This document shows positions 21,585-34,811 of a stretch of DNA of 64,000 nt, in pieces (positions within the stretch are counted from its first letter, which is position 1; each line of letters opens with the position of its first letter). The notes under the pieces were generated by a model, which made no database searches, had not been told where the DNA came from, and saw only the letters and a program-made list of their open reading frames with translations. Made by a program: the position numbers and the translations under genes. The stretch covers positions 186,001 to 250,000 of the forward strand of contig CM061250.1 in NCBI GenBank assembly GCA_022605425.2, given 5' to 3'. The stretch comes from Hamiltosporidium tvaerminnensis FI-OER-3-3 (taxonomy: Eukaryota > Fungi > Microsporidia).

Positions 21585-22178
21585 ATGGTTCATAACGCTT
21601 TCGAAATACCTTTAAATTCTCTTAACGATTTTATAGTTAGTTATGAATTTCATATTCCCACAAATTTAATCCAAAAACTTAAAGAAATTCATTTTTCTTT
21701 GCAAGAAACTATCAAGAAGAACGAATTATGTCTAGAAAATAAAGAAAATGTTATTAAGAACAACGATGATAATGGCGGTTTTTTAAAAGAAGAATTTGAA
21801 AATAATTTTAATAAAATTTCTAAAGAAAAAGAAAATTTAGAAAACAATTTGTTACAAAACAGTATTAATAATAAAAATGATTCTATGATTGAATTAAGAA
21901 CTTTATTGGCTAAAATGTATTTAGTGACCAAATCAATGCTTGGATATGAAATAACATTCAACGAAAACAATGTTATTCTACATTCATCCTATGCTTTTGA
22001 TGATGAAGATATTTTTGTTTTCGAAATTGATGATAATAATAGCTGTACACTTAAAAGCAATGAGTTTGTGGCTAATTGGAAACGTGAAATAGACTTATAT
22101 TTATTAAATGGTAAATCTGTACCGGCATTTCTATCAGCAGTTACTCTTGAATTATATAATCAAAAAACTTATGGATAA
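21585..22178 (+). CDS. MAD1: Miniature Mad1-like protein (short coiled coil plus C-terminal RWD-like domain)
   Basis: MLGYEITF...VILHSSYA...D...F and YLLNGKSVPAFLSAVTLELYNQKT match the Mad1 C-terminus (human SIPAFLSSLTLELFSRQT). Start context caccctaaATG. Confidence 0.8.
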   Translation: MVHNAFEIPLNSLNDFIVSYEFHIPTNLIQKLKEIHFSLQETIKKNELCLENKENVIKNNDDNGGFLKEEFENNFNKISKEKENLENNLLQNSINNKNDSMIELRTLLAKMYLVTKSMLGYEITFNENNVILHSSYAFDDEDIFVFEIDDNNSCTLKSNEFVANWKREIDLYLLNGKSVPAFLSAVTLELYNQKTYG

Positions 22179-24763
22179 TTAAATATTGAAGATCTTCTTA
22201 TATTTTAGTTTTTACATAATTAAAATGATTTTAAATGAATAAAAGTTGGATTTATAGATTTGTTTGGAATTTATATTTTATTTATTAGTATCTATGAATT
22301 TTCTTGCTATCAAATTATCAAAACAAAATTTAAATCTTATAATATTTATAGTACTTTGAATTTTTATTTGGTTTATAAAATAGGTTGAAGTTTTATGAAG
22401 ACTAGAAAGGAGAAGAGATTTTTTTAACGAAAATATTTTTCATTACCTTGTAACAAATTTGTTATAATATCCATATCTAAATAAACCCTTTTAAAAAAAA
22501 TCCACTCGATTTAATTTAAAGTTCCAATGGTTTCATAAATTGGTTACTTCGAATGCACTGCGGTGATTCTTGCTAAAAATATATTATTAGGTCTAATAAT
22601 TCAACTTAAGCCTATTCTTAAATTTATGTTTTGTTTTAAACCATTTAAATGTCCTCAAAAATTTTAAATTACGTTTACATGAATATTTGATGGATTATGA
22701 TACAAAATTTGTTGAATGATTCACATAATCATAAGAAAACCCTTGGTTCTCTCTATATATTGATAGTCATGAATAGTATGTATCAGTATAGATTCTAACT
22801 CTCAAAGAATTGGATTCATAAACAGCAGTGTTTAATACGCTCACTGTTCTAATTAGAAGAATTTGCATATTCACCTTCTTCACTGTTCTTGAAATAGCCT
22901 AAACACTCATTGTTGATCAAAAAGACGATCTCTATTGTAATTTTTCCTGCCAATAAATGTTTCTACTATTCAAATACTTTCCCAGTTTCACCAATTTTTT
23001 CGAATGAATAAAAACAATTGTTCTATATTAGCAATCTCGGGTTCTTAATAAAGTCTGCTATGGTTGCATCTGAAAAATCTTGCATTAATCTGATGGGATT
23101 ATATGAAAATTTAAATATAAATACCTAAAAATATGAATTTTACTATGGATTGCATCTCGGGGGTTTCAATTACATTGAAATATCATTGAGTATATTTTTT
23201 ATCCCAAAACGAACAGCGGAAAATATTCTTTCCTAGAGAAAAAATTAGGCCGATTATAGAGTCCTATTAGAATCAGAAAAATAAGTTAGCAAGCCAGATT
23301 GTTCTAATGGAAACTGTTCTTCTGGGTCACTGTAATTTTTTATTTGCATTTTGAAGAATTCGATAATTACATCTCCGCATTTTACAATATACATATGAAC
23401 AAAAAATTTACTCGCTTTTAAGTTGAAAATTTAATGCAAAATTTAAATCTTTATAAAAATTGTATATATTTTACCATATTTTAATTAATTAATTTAAAAT
23501 TCGGGCTGAGATAGAATAACGGGTTTAAAACCTATCTTGTTGGCCAAGAGTGAGTGAAGTTGCTATGAAATCATTTTTGACATTTTTGTAAGATATAAAC
23601 CATTGTAACTATACGCCAATCTCCTATCATTTCGAATTACAACATATTTAAATAAGCAACTGAAAATGCCTAGTTTTCCGTTCTCTAACCTGAGAAGTAA
23701 CGCCGAATAGAACAATAGATAAGTAAGACAGATTTCAAATTTGCCAATTAAGAGTAAAAAATTGTTCTTCCCTAAAATTTTTTACCCTTTTAGACTTGAT
23801 CGAAAGTTCAACTGAACTTCTTTTAGTATTATTATTACAAAAAAGCCTTAATCTCATCAAAAATATTGTTTTCAGAAAAATTATTTTCTATTTTATAGAT
23901 AAATACCTTTCCAGAAATCTAAAACGTAATTATTGTAAAACTATTTTCTAAATAACTATTAATCGGGTTTTAATTAAGCATATTTTCAACTTTTCTATTT
24001 AATATTTGAAGAAATCTAAGAAATAATTTGCCATGAATATACCGTTAGCGTGTTTATTCCTCGTCCAAATAGAATGTAAAATGATATCTCTATTATATAT
24101 CAAATGTTTACATTTGATTGTAATCTAAAATACTCAAATAAACATCTATATGTCTTTGCATTTCCTTGATGCGTATTTCTTTTCGGTCTTCATGATAATC
24201 TTACTTCGTAATATTAAACGATAAGGCTTTTTTTTGATAATTCTTATAAACTGATTTTAATGTAAATTTAAATTTGTTTTTAATCTTGCTGTTAAAAGTT
24301 AAAAAAATCATTATCTTTATACATTTTATATATTTTGTCGTCTAAAAAGAAAATTTATCGTGTTGTCTTAATATGCATATTAAAATTATTTGTATTGATA
24401 CTTCGATACTATCCATATGAATACTAGAGATTAATGCGGTTCTTATGTGTGATTTTTATTATTAATACGAATTTTTTTCGCGATTTTTATTTAGTAGTTT
24501 AAAATGAAGGAAAAGCCTAAACTCTCTAATAATAAAGATAAAGAGTATATAAATCTCATCGAAACGGGCTATATAATTTAGAGTCAGATAGTAGGAAACT
24601 ACACATTCAATAAAAATCAAGCCTCTATATATGAAAATAAAAGTTTATTTTAATACAAGAAAAACTTAATCTAGCGTTCTCACCGTATTCTATGTTATTT
24701 TACATGTGCTATCTATATTCTAGATAATAATTTACCTCATATTATATTCGCTCTGTATTCTTA

Positions 24764-26204
24764 GAGGGTTTTTCTAGCAATATGATATCTTTGCAATCAA
24801 TTCCATAATTATTCGATCAATATAATGCTCCTTGCAATCGATATAGTAAATATTTTTAGCAAATAAAAATTTGCTCCCATGTCAAACTTTTTTTTACAGG
24901 TCAAAATACCAACGAGAACGAATATCGTTTGCATATCGGTGAACCACCAGAATGTATAGAGGGAGGAAATAATAATGGTTTGAAGTATCTTGCGGAAACA
25001 CCGTAATCACGAGATAAAATTCCCCACTAACCAACATTCCAACTCTGAGGAAACAAATAGTTTCAAATGATGATCGAGAATCCATAATTGCAAAGACATT
25101 AGAGGGTCATTATATTTTTGCAATTGCCTCGAATTTCTCGAATAAATTACAGAGGGTTAATAGTGTTGTTCTACGATATTTAAAAACCTGCCTGGCATTT
25201 GCCAAGAAAAAAGAGGTGGGAATGAGCTCTCAATGTTAACTTTGGATCAAAGAGAGCTTACTAACCTATGTTGATTTGGAATGTACAAAAATCCTGCGTT
25301 AGTTTGCAGAATGAATCAAAACTACATTTAATGTTAATATGTATACAAGTACAATTGACCGCGCACTAAGGGGGTTCCAACGCATCCTAAAGCGTGTAAC
25401 ATTGGAGCCTGAGCGTAGAAATTAACCTTTTACGACTGATATCAGGACCAATTACATACTAAGTTTTTGTGAGTTGAGGTTGACAACGAGGACAAAAACT
25501 TTGTCTTTTTAGATGAAGTTAGGTTTGCGGTACTAAAACACCCCAATAGAGACTGTAATATAAGTGGCGCTTCGGAATACATATTTGTGACTGCAGACCG
25601 AAGTAGAAATATTTTGGTGGTCGCATCAATAACAAATATGGTATGAATATAATAAGATTCATGAGAGAGTCGAAAATAGAGAGGAATTCAAATTATCCAT
25701 TAAGAAGATTTATGAAAGTTGATAACGGTATGGAATGTGAGTCTTATCTTTATATAGACGATGCGAGAATTCATCCCATCGTGGATTGAATGATTATGAA
25801 GAAATTGCCTCGTATCGAATAATATACCTTTTTATCTACGCTTCTTTTTTTAATCCAATTGAGAATGTATTCTCAGGCTATTAAAATAAGGTTTTTAAGG
25901 GGTTTCCAGTACCGAGCCTCAGTTGAGAATATTAACTTGTGAAAATTTTGATGAGATCAAGAGAAAATTGTAGTTCCTTTTATCGAAAAATGTTAGGGAA
26001 CTTGCAGAAGGCTGAAGTAGGACAAGTAATTCTTGAATAATAAATTCACTGTACAATTTATACTTTTATTTTTTAAATTTTTACTTTTTAAAAATATTTA
26101 TTATATTGATTGCAAATATTCTGATAGGGATTGCAAAAAATATGATATTAATCGAAGAATTATGATTCAATTTCAAGGATTATGATATTAATCGAAAAAT
26201 CCTA
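24764..26204 (+). mobile_element. Decayed Tc1/mariner-IS630 superfamily DNA transposon
   Basis: Disrupted DDE motifs FVFLDE (~25500), (M)DDARIH (~25757) and YASFFNPIENVFS (~25840). Imperfect ~80-100 bp TIRs with internal repeats. Flanking TA at 24762-63 and 26205-06. Confidence 0.8.
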
Positions 26205-26269
26205 TATTGTGCTAAAAATATCATATTTTTTAGCAGATAAATATTTTTCACCTAAAAGGAAATATTGAA

Positions 26270-27268
26270 TCATAAATTTTGAATCCTTTGAAATTCGACT
26301 TGTAACAATCCAAATATACTCATCAAATAATAGAATATATCAATATAATGATAAATATTAGAAGTAATTATTACATTAAAAAACTTCTGACTTAGATTGA
26401 AGAAATGGTTTGTTCGCCATAAATGAGTGCTTGTTGGTTGTAATCTGCCATCTCTATCAAATTTAAGTTTTTTATACATTTTAGATTTCTTATCGCTGTA
26501 GAAGCACTGTTTGGTGGCTGCCCTTTCTTTGTAGATGAACCAATTTAATGTAAAATAAAATTTATTTTTATACTTAGGGTTATGCCTGATGTATGTTATG
26601 AAAGAAATCAAGATTTTAACCAGGGAAGAGTATATTAATTGATACTCGGCTCATCCCCTGCTAAAAAATTCTTAGATCAAATAATGCTCTAATTAACCCT
26701 AAAATATAACATGTAAAGTAGATAGGATTTAATAAGTGTGGAATATTTTCTTGTTTATTTCTTTCTCTATAGACGGAACACTATCCCCAAGTGAATTAGG
26801 CATTGTTAAGTTATAGGCTTTCAAAGCCTTTTTCTTTTTAATGATTAGATTCCAGCTCATTTCTAAAGTGTAGAATATACTTTTCTAATATGTCTTATTC
26901 AATGTTTGCCACAAATTTACATTAATTTTTTCTGTTTACGCAGTTATTTAAAAAGCCAGGGTTAAGATCTAAATAAATTAAATTTTCAATGTATTATTTT
27001 ATGATATTATCTATTGAAGTTTATGCTTTAAATATCTACTTTTCGAAACTAAATCCTTCCAGCGTTTTTCTTTTCAAGGCAACTCTCCTTTGCGCCGCAT
27101 ATCTATTTTCATATACATTTTATAGTTTTGATTGGTTTTCAAGCAGATCAACGCTGTTAGATTCAGGGATAAACTAATATCTTAATTACTGGAATCCTTG
27201 ACTAAAAAAAATAAATTTACAAGATTCTTAAGATAAACAAGTCATATAAATAATATAAATATAGATCA
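26270..27268 (-). pseudogene. Possible decayed lineage-specific gene
   Basis: Successive partial open frames on the minus strand broken by stops, including the 113-aa ORF. No recognisable domain. Confidence 0.25.
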
Positions 27269-28587
27269 TTCTGTTTAAGATTTTAAAATTTTTTTGGAAG
27301 AATTTTAAAAAAACTTACCATTTGATTGTGTATTTATCTAAAGTTTTAAAAGCTTTATTGAGATTATAGTAAGAACTTAAATATAGACTTACTAAAAAAC
27401 TAGTTTTACTATTTTTTTAATAGAATAATATTCTAAATAATTTTTGGAGGGAAATATTAATAGATTTAAGATATATGTTTATAAATATCTGCTTGGTTTT
27501 ATAAGCAAGTTAAATCTAACTTCTTTAAACCAGAAAACCTTATATTAAGTGTTAAATATCTATTATATTATGCCCTGAGAAAATAGATAAGTTCATAGTA
27601 ACTTAAATTGCATGATTTTGTAAATTAAGACTCATTAGGTTCAGAGAGCCAACTTTATAGTGATACTCTAGGTATATTTTTTTTTACCGCTTTGATAATA
27701 TTTAATATGTATCACGAAATTCTTTGTTATAATCACATATAAACTATTTCTAACATAAAAACATGGTAAATGTGAGATATGTGAACAAATATAAATTTTA
27801 GCTAGATCTCTTTATAAATTCAAGATTTATCTCCATTTCAAATTCCTTTAACCAGCTTTTTTAGGAATATTAAAAATTATATTAAGAAAAGCAAATGTTA
27901 AAGCAGTTCATACGCTCTTTCTGGTTTCTAGGACATCATACATTTTTGTTGCAGGCTAAAAATATTTCATTTAAAAGTCACATTTAACCTAAATTTCTGT
28001 GTCTTACTAAGTCTGAATAATTTGTAAATGCAATTGTACGAACTTTTATCTTTACATAATGAAATATCTTAAATAAAAAAAACTTTATAATGTATTAAAT
28101 TAGATATTCGTTTAATTAAAAAGTTTGGCAATTTTTTAAATTAATTTAATTGTTTGCTTTTTCATAAATAAATTTCTTGTAAAAGATTGTAAAAAACCGA
28201 AAAATATTGCTTTTTATGATTGTATATTAAGATTTCATTCATTATATATGGTAAGTTATATTTTGGATTTTTATTGCAAGATTTTGCAGTTGAATTTATC
28301 TGATAGTTAAATTAATTGCAAACAAATGTATAAAGTTTAAAGGCATAAAGAATATCAAATATCATTTTATACATTTCCTTGGCAAAAATAATATTTTGAA
28401 AAAAGACTATAAATAAATGTAAAGAAAAAAATATAAGCAAATCTCTTTAATTTCTTATTCTACTTTTAGTCCTCTATTTCGGACTCTTGTTCAAATCTTC
28501 CTCCTTCACAAATTTTTATAATCATAAAAGCAATATAGTTATAAGCCTTAAATTTGTCGTTTTTGTCAATATCAAATTCAAAATCTT

Positions 28588-29166
28588 TTATTTTAACCAT
28601 ATTCCTAGTACAATGATGAAAAAAATATGATATCCATATAATATAACTCTTTTTTCCTTTTTTATGTTAATAAAAATATGATAAATAGAGTTATGTATGA
28701 ATTCTTGCTTTAAATTTATTGCGATGCAATCTGCTATTTGTTCTAAAATTTTTAAATTGTTACGTATTTTAGATGTTTGGTTTTGTTCTAATAGCGAAGC
28801 AAGATGGTTTTTAAAGGATGAAAATTTTTCAAACTTTAAATGAGTAATATAGATAAGTTCTTTTGGATGGTCCGATTGTGAAACATAATCCTTAATTGTT
28901 GTCTTTCCTACCTTTAAAAAATTATCTATAACACTTTTATCTTGTTTAGGATCAATAATAAAAAATGAAAAATAATTTACGTAACCTCCCCACGTAAAAC
29001 AAGCTAGTTGTGATTCTTTGAGTGCCCTTAGTTGATTTTTATATTTAAAAGCTTCGAAATCTTTTTTATACTCGGCTTCAAAACTTTCAGATGCACTACT
29101 GGCTTTTATGTATGAAAAAATAATTGCCATCGCAAAAACTAATGAAGAACTTTTTCGCATTTTCAT
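28588..29166 (-). CDS. Hypothetical secreted or membrane protein
   Basis: 192 aa with an N-terminal signal-peptide-like segment (SLVFAMAIIFSYIKA) and a hydrophobic C-terminal tail. Confidence 0.65.
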   Translation of the reverse strand: MKMRKSSSLVFAMAIIFSYIKASSASESFEAEYKKDFEAFKYKNQLRALKESQLACFTWGGYVNYFSFFIIDPKQDKSVIDNFLKVGKTTIKDYVSQSDHPKELIYITHLKFEKFSSFKNHLASLLEQNQTSKIRNNLKILEQIADCIAINLKQEFIHNSIYHIFINIKKEKRVILYGYHIFFIIVLGIWLK

Positions 29167-30309
29167 GGATTGGAATTTAAAAATTTAATTTAAATAATTA
29201 ACTTTTTGTTTTTACACAAGAAACCAATGAAATCAAACATAATTACAGCTGTGTGATATATAATTTTCACATGTCATTTTTATAAAAAATAAAATTCGAA
29301 TTTCATTGGTAGCTTTTTCCCTACAAAAAATCATCACATAATTTTATAGGTCTTTATATATTTCTGCTGTCATACAATCTCTTGGGCATACAACTCCCTT
29401 AATTTCCATATAGATTTTAATTGGTTTAAAAAAGTTATGAGAGGAAACAGAAATATCAAGAATAAACATCAATTTGACTTAAAAGGATTTTTCGTCTCAC
29501 ACCTGTTTTACAGATCTATCTGTCAGAATATTATTTCTTAGACAAAAATTTTGTAAATATGTCAAAATATTCCCTTTTACCGTAAGCCATAAGATCCTCC
29601 ATAATTTCTTAAAAGTTGATGATCAATTTCGTATTTTCTTTGATTCTAGATATTAAAGTAAAAAGGAATAATGAAATAGATTATAATTCACCAAATATAA
29701 ATAAAGAATTTAAATTTTTAAACAGTATTGTAGTAGTTAATATTTTATTTTTTGAAATTTTTATTAAAATATTAAAGCGATGTCATATATACGTAGAGCC
29801 GTAAAAAATAATAGTTTGATTGTATCAATCACAAAATATATAAAAAAATATATTGGATTGCATGATTTTTTAATCATCTTAAAAATTTTACAATTCCTTT
29901 TTTAAACTTAATAATGCTGTAATTTTATTGAAATTTTTTATTTTCCGTCGAAAACAATCGTTTCCCGGTAAAAAAAAACATTAATATTAAATCTTTTGAG
30001 CTAGCAGTATTTATTAGATTTAAATATCTGCTTGGATATCATCTTCGTATTGAATATAATCTTTAAGAAAGAACTAATAGTATAATATAATAAAATAGAA
30101 AGTTTCGGTAACTATCTAGGTTTTAGAAAAAAAAATATAAAATAGATGATGAGGTCAATAAATATCCAATATTTTGAACCGTAACCTTTAAATATTCTTT
30201 TTATAGCATATATTCAGTCCTAAACAATCATAGAGTAGTGTAATCAGAATAAATTGATGATTTAAAATACCTAGATTACAGAGTTTTTCCTCAAAAAGGT
30301 TTCTATACC

Positions 30310-30520
30310 CCATTTACTGAGCACCACATTCCGGTGTTGATTAATGTCTGATGGAATATGTGATTAAAAATTTAAAATCACGTTTACTCTTCCTCTCCTC
30401 AAGACTAGCAGCCTTCTTATTTACATTTCAACTTCAGAACGGAATATATTTTTAACTTAAATTTATATCGACAACTAACATAGTGGTTATCTGCCTGTTT
30501 CAATATCATAGTAACAGATA
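30310..30520 (-). mobile_element. Highly decayed fragment of the ~720-bp element
   Basis: ccggtgttgattaatgtctg...gtgat and caagactagcagccttc align with ccggagttcgttaatgtccg...gtgat and caagactatgcagcattc of copy 4. Confidence 0.55.
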
Positions 30521-33500
30521 TAATCTGCAACTCTGCTTTTATAAATTAGAAAGTATTTTTTCCGTATAGAAAAGTATAAATATTACAATATAAATGCACA
30601 AGGCATAATACCATGCTTTTATGTGGCAACGACTTACAATTGAAAATTGTTTCAATTTAAGTAAACAAAACTACAAATTAACTTTGCAAACAAAGTTTTC
30701 ACTGTTTTTAGATCTTTCTCTTCGTATATAACTTCCGTAAAACAGTAGATGATATTCAATCGGTTTGAATTTTGAAAAACATTTAAATATTTATTTACAT
30801 CGATTACACATAAACATTATCGAGAAGATAGTTTTTAATGGAAAAATCTTTCATCTACGCATCATTCAAATAAAAAAAATATTTAAGTCATAATCAATTT
30901 AAATCTGTTTTTGTTCTCGGGTTTAATTTATTTTTCAATATGTTCATTCTAGAAAATTTCTATGCAAATTATATCAATTGCTTTCAAAAACCTAGATTCA
31001 AATTTCTTCTGAGAAGTATTTATAGGATGAAATCTTCTCATTGTGAAATATTATAGTCATAAAAAGACCTTTTTCATATAATTTTTTTAAGAATCTGCTA
31101 ACTTTAGATTCAAACATGTTCTAAGTATTTCTTCTAATGTTTAAGATACATTTATCTCCTGAGTGTAGTAATGTTTCTTTCGCGTTAGTTTTCTTTTTCC
31201 GGTCCAAAGAACAGATATTGCAACACCAAATTAAGAATAATTTTATTTTTAATATATTATTCCCAAGGTATTTCAAGATCTAAATATTTGGCTTTCAATT
31301 CTCATTTTTGTATGTAAACACCTTTATTGTGGTATACAATTCGAATTACGGCTTTTTATTGAAACGAGCCAATATAATTTTTAAGTGGTGAGTTTTATAC
31401 GCGACAGTTCAGTATCTTGTTTGAGCCACCTTGGGATTGTAGAAGCATCCATTTGCTTTTTAATCCCAAAAAAAATGTTGGCAATTTCGAGTATAGAGGG
31501 AGTTGGTCAGAAAGTTTGTTGCAAACAGGTTCGTTGTAAATTATTTCTTGATCAAGTTCAACAAACAGCATCATTTAACGATGAGAAACAGCAGATGTAA
31601 TTCGAATTACAGACCATTGTAATTTTTTTTCGAATTTGAATATTTATTTATTTATTAAATCGAAACAATCTTGATATTCAGAGTAATATACATATATTTT
31701 ATAGTTTAAGTGATTTTTTTCGAAAAGAGGCAGTTTTAGGTTGTTTCAAATTTTTTTTTATACGCGTTTTTATGAGCAAATTTTGATATTGGAAGATTCA
31801 ATTGAATGAGAGTAATTGTATTCATCTAAAAAAAATTTATGATGTATATCATAGTTTGGGTTTTTTCGTCGCGAAAAATTTAAAATATCAAAAAAGTGGT
31901 TTAAAAATTTTAATGGCCAAAAATATTACGTATGCTGAGAACTTTAAGCTAATTTCAAGGATGTCACAGTTTGGGATTTTGAATCCAGAAGGCCTATGCC
32001 AGAATAATATAAAACGCAAATAAAAAACCGAAAAATTAAAAAACAAAAGATATTTCTTGAAAATGATGTAGATTGTATTTTTTCAGATTATTTTGCCATA
32101 TAAATTATTCATTGCTAACTTTGATTTAAATAACTCAATAATTTAATTAGGAAAGCTCGGTATTAAATGTCCTTTATAAAACAAGCAAAACCAGAATGAT
32201 CATTGGGATTTTAGATATTAAATCATATCGTATATATGTTGTTTGTAATCGGCAAAATTAGTCATAATTGGTTCTTTCGCTTGTTTTGATCGCATATTAC
32301 ATGCATTCGTTTTAAATCACAACTTCGTATCTCTTCAAACAATGCCAAATAAATTTTCATGAGCAATGTAGCACACTTATAAAATTATGAGGTATTGGTA
32401 TTTGCACAGATTTTGCATATTTGCGCGTGATTTCGGTTCAACATGCGAGCCGGGAGTAAAAGAAACAATTCTTTTTTTTAATAAATGATTTTCGCAAAAT
32501 GTATTTTTTTTCTGAAAATTCGTAAGTTTCTTAATCAATGAATAAAAAATATTTTTTTCGATTAGTTTCCAGTTTAAAAATTTAATTAATGATATTAATA
32601 AAATTAATGTAAAAATAATTATCTGGTTTTTAGGCAGCAAGAAGACTTAAACAATAATTAAAAACACTTTTTTGGTCTTTTAATTTGTGGAAATAAAAAA
32701 TTACGGTTATTAATATGTTTTTATCAACGTTTGAAGAGTAAATACTACAATATATACTATAATAGCTTTAAATTTTCATTATTTTTTGGATTCTGTTTCA
32801 TTTATCTGTCCATGTTGTTAAAAATAAATAAAATGATTATAGTGGTTTTATATAAGTTTAAAATAAACAATCACTGTTGTTTATCTTTTATTAAATTAAA
32901 TTAATATTTCTTAAAATTGTTTTGTACAAGAACGTTTTTCTTTTTTATACATGTCCTCGCAGAATATCATCAGACATAATATCTTCCGGCCTTTTACTAA
33001 TAATACTTTTCTAATAATCTGATATACGCTTCTCATTATGTATTGCCTGGCTATATATACCCTTACAGCTCTTATTACAAGCCCGAATTATAATTTTCCA
33101 GTGCAAAAGAAGCTCAAAAAAAATATCCGGTTTTAGATTCCAAGATTCTGTACTCAAGGATCTAGGGATATCTTTCAGTCGCTCATCTCTTAACGTTTAG
33201 AAAATCTTAAATTTCACTGGTTTTAGTTTTGATAAAATCCGAGCGAGTGATTTACTAAGCATTCTCAGTCAAAAAATATAGCCCCGTAAAACAAGTATCG
33301 AAATTATTTTGTTTTTCACTCTCTCTTGCGATATTTCATTGCAAGCTAAGTTTTTTATAAGACATGAAGAGTAGTGGAACGATAAAATTTCCTTTTTTAA
33401 TGCTCCGTAAAGTATTTCATAGCGCTTTTTAAGTCTTATCGCTACAATAAAAAATGTTGAGTCATTTTTGCATATCGGATAAACGAAATCAAGTATAGTA

Positions 33501-34811
33501 ACAACGCGATGCGCAAATTTACTAAATGAAAGCCAAATCATCGGAGTATTCCATGCTATGTTTTGACTCTTCCCCTGTGGTTTCAACCAGGCGAGGATGT
33601 TTATGTGAATAAGCAAAAGTATTGAGCAAGTAATTTATGTGTTATCTGTGTTTGATTTAGTGATGAGATTCCTTATATGTATTAGAAAAAAAGAGTATGG
33701 CTTTCAGATGGAAGTAACTTATAATTTCGCACCATATTTCCGCTTTTAATTGCCCCATCCGCGTTATTTGCAATCCTAAGTTGTTTCGTGTAACGAAATG
33801 TACGAAAATTAAATTTATAAAAATATTATATTGCGAAATCCAATCAGATATTTTACAATATTCTTCGTTGATATAAAATATTTTAAGTCCTACAGAAAAA
33901 AAAGATGGAAGAATATTTTTATACAAGTAATATAAGAATATTTATCATAAACAGTATTTAAATTGAATATAATTTCTCGTTACATATTTTTATATTTTTG
34001 ACAATTTTTGTAAATTGTTTTCATGTCTTCTTATCACCTTAGTAGTTTAATATTAAAATCAAATCGCTAGCAGTATAATTGATTTGTAAAATATAACTTC
34101 ATATTTAGGCACAGAAGACTGTATTCTAAATATTTTATTCTAGGTCTTAATATTGTTTTCTTTTCCATTTTTTTAGTGTTTTCACTCTATTTTGTTAGCA
34201 AGCTATTACGATTTCAATATCAGATACTCATTTTCGAGTATAATTATGAAATTATATTTAAAAAAATATTTAATTGTATTGATGGGAATCATATTGAAAC
34301 ATATTTATTTATAATCAGCAGATACTTTTACATCTCGAGTCTTAAAAACAACGATAACGAACTTATACTTATAAACAATACAGAGTTATTTCGTAAAAAA
34401 AAGATTGTAAAATATTAAATAAAGGAAGAATTTAATGTAGGAATTATTAAGTTGTAAGAATTCTTAACACACAGTATATATAATTTATATGCTTTAATCA
34501 TGAAGGAAGTGATTTTGTTTAAAGCGATAGAAATCACAATCCATAAGGTAGTAACACAAAAATTAAAAACCATTTTATTAGAAATACAACGATAAATAAG
34601 AGACAAATAAAAATAGGAAAATTAAGATAAAAATAAAACAATGTTAGATTGAACCAGTATTACCTGTTTTATTTGAACATTTAAAAACCTATTATTTAAA
34701 AAATTATAAAAAAAACGCAATAAATAATTAAAATGTTTTTTAGCAATAAAATTTTACAAAAATATATTTTGCATGAAAGTTGAATTACAGAAAGCCCCAA
34801 AGAAAAGCGCT

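Noticed and set aside
29616-34606. Short 60-115 aa ORFs in AT-rich intergenic DNA (and similar ones elsewhere)
   Set aside because: Mostly TTG/GTG starts, F/I/L/K/N-biased, with no motifs. 33269-33926 might be gene debris but I cannot support a call.
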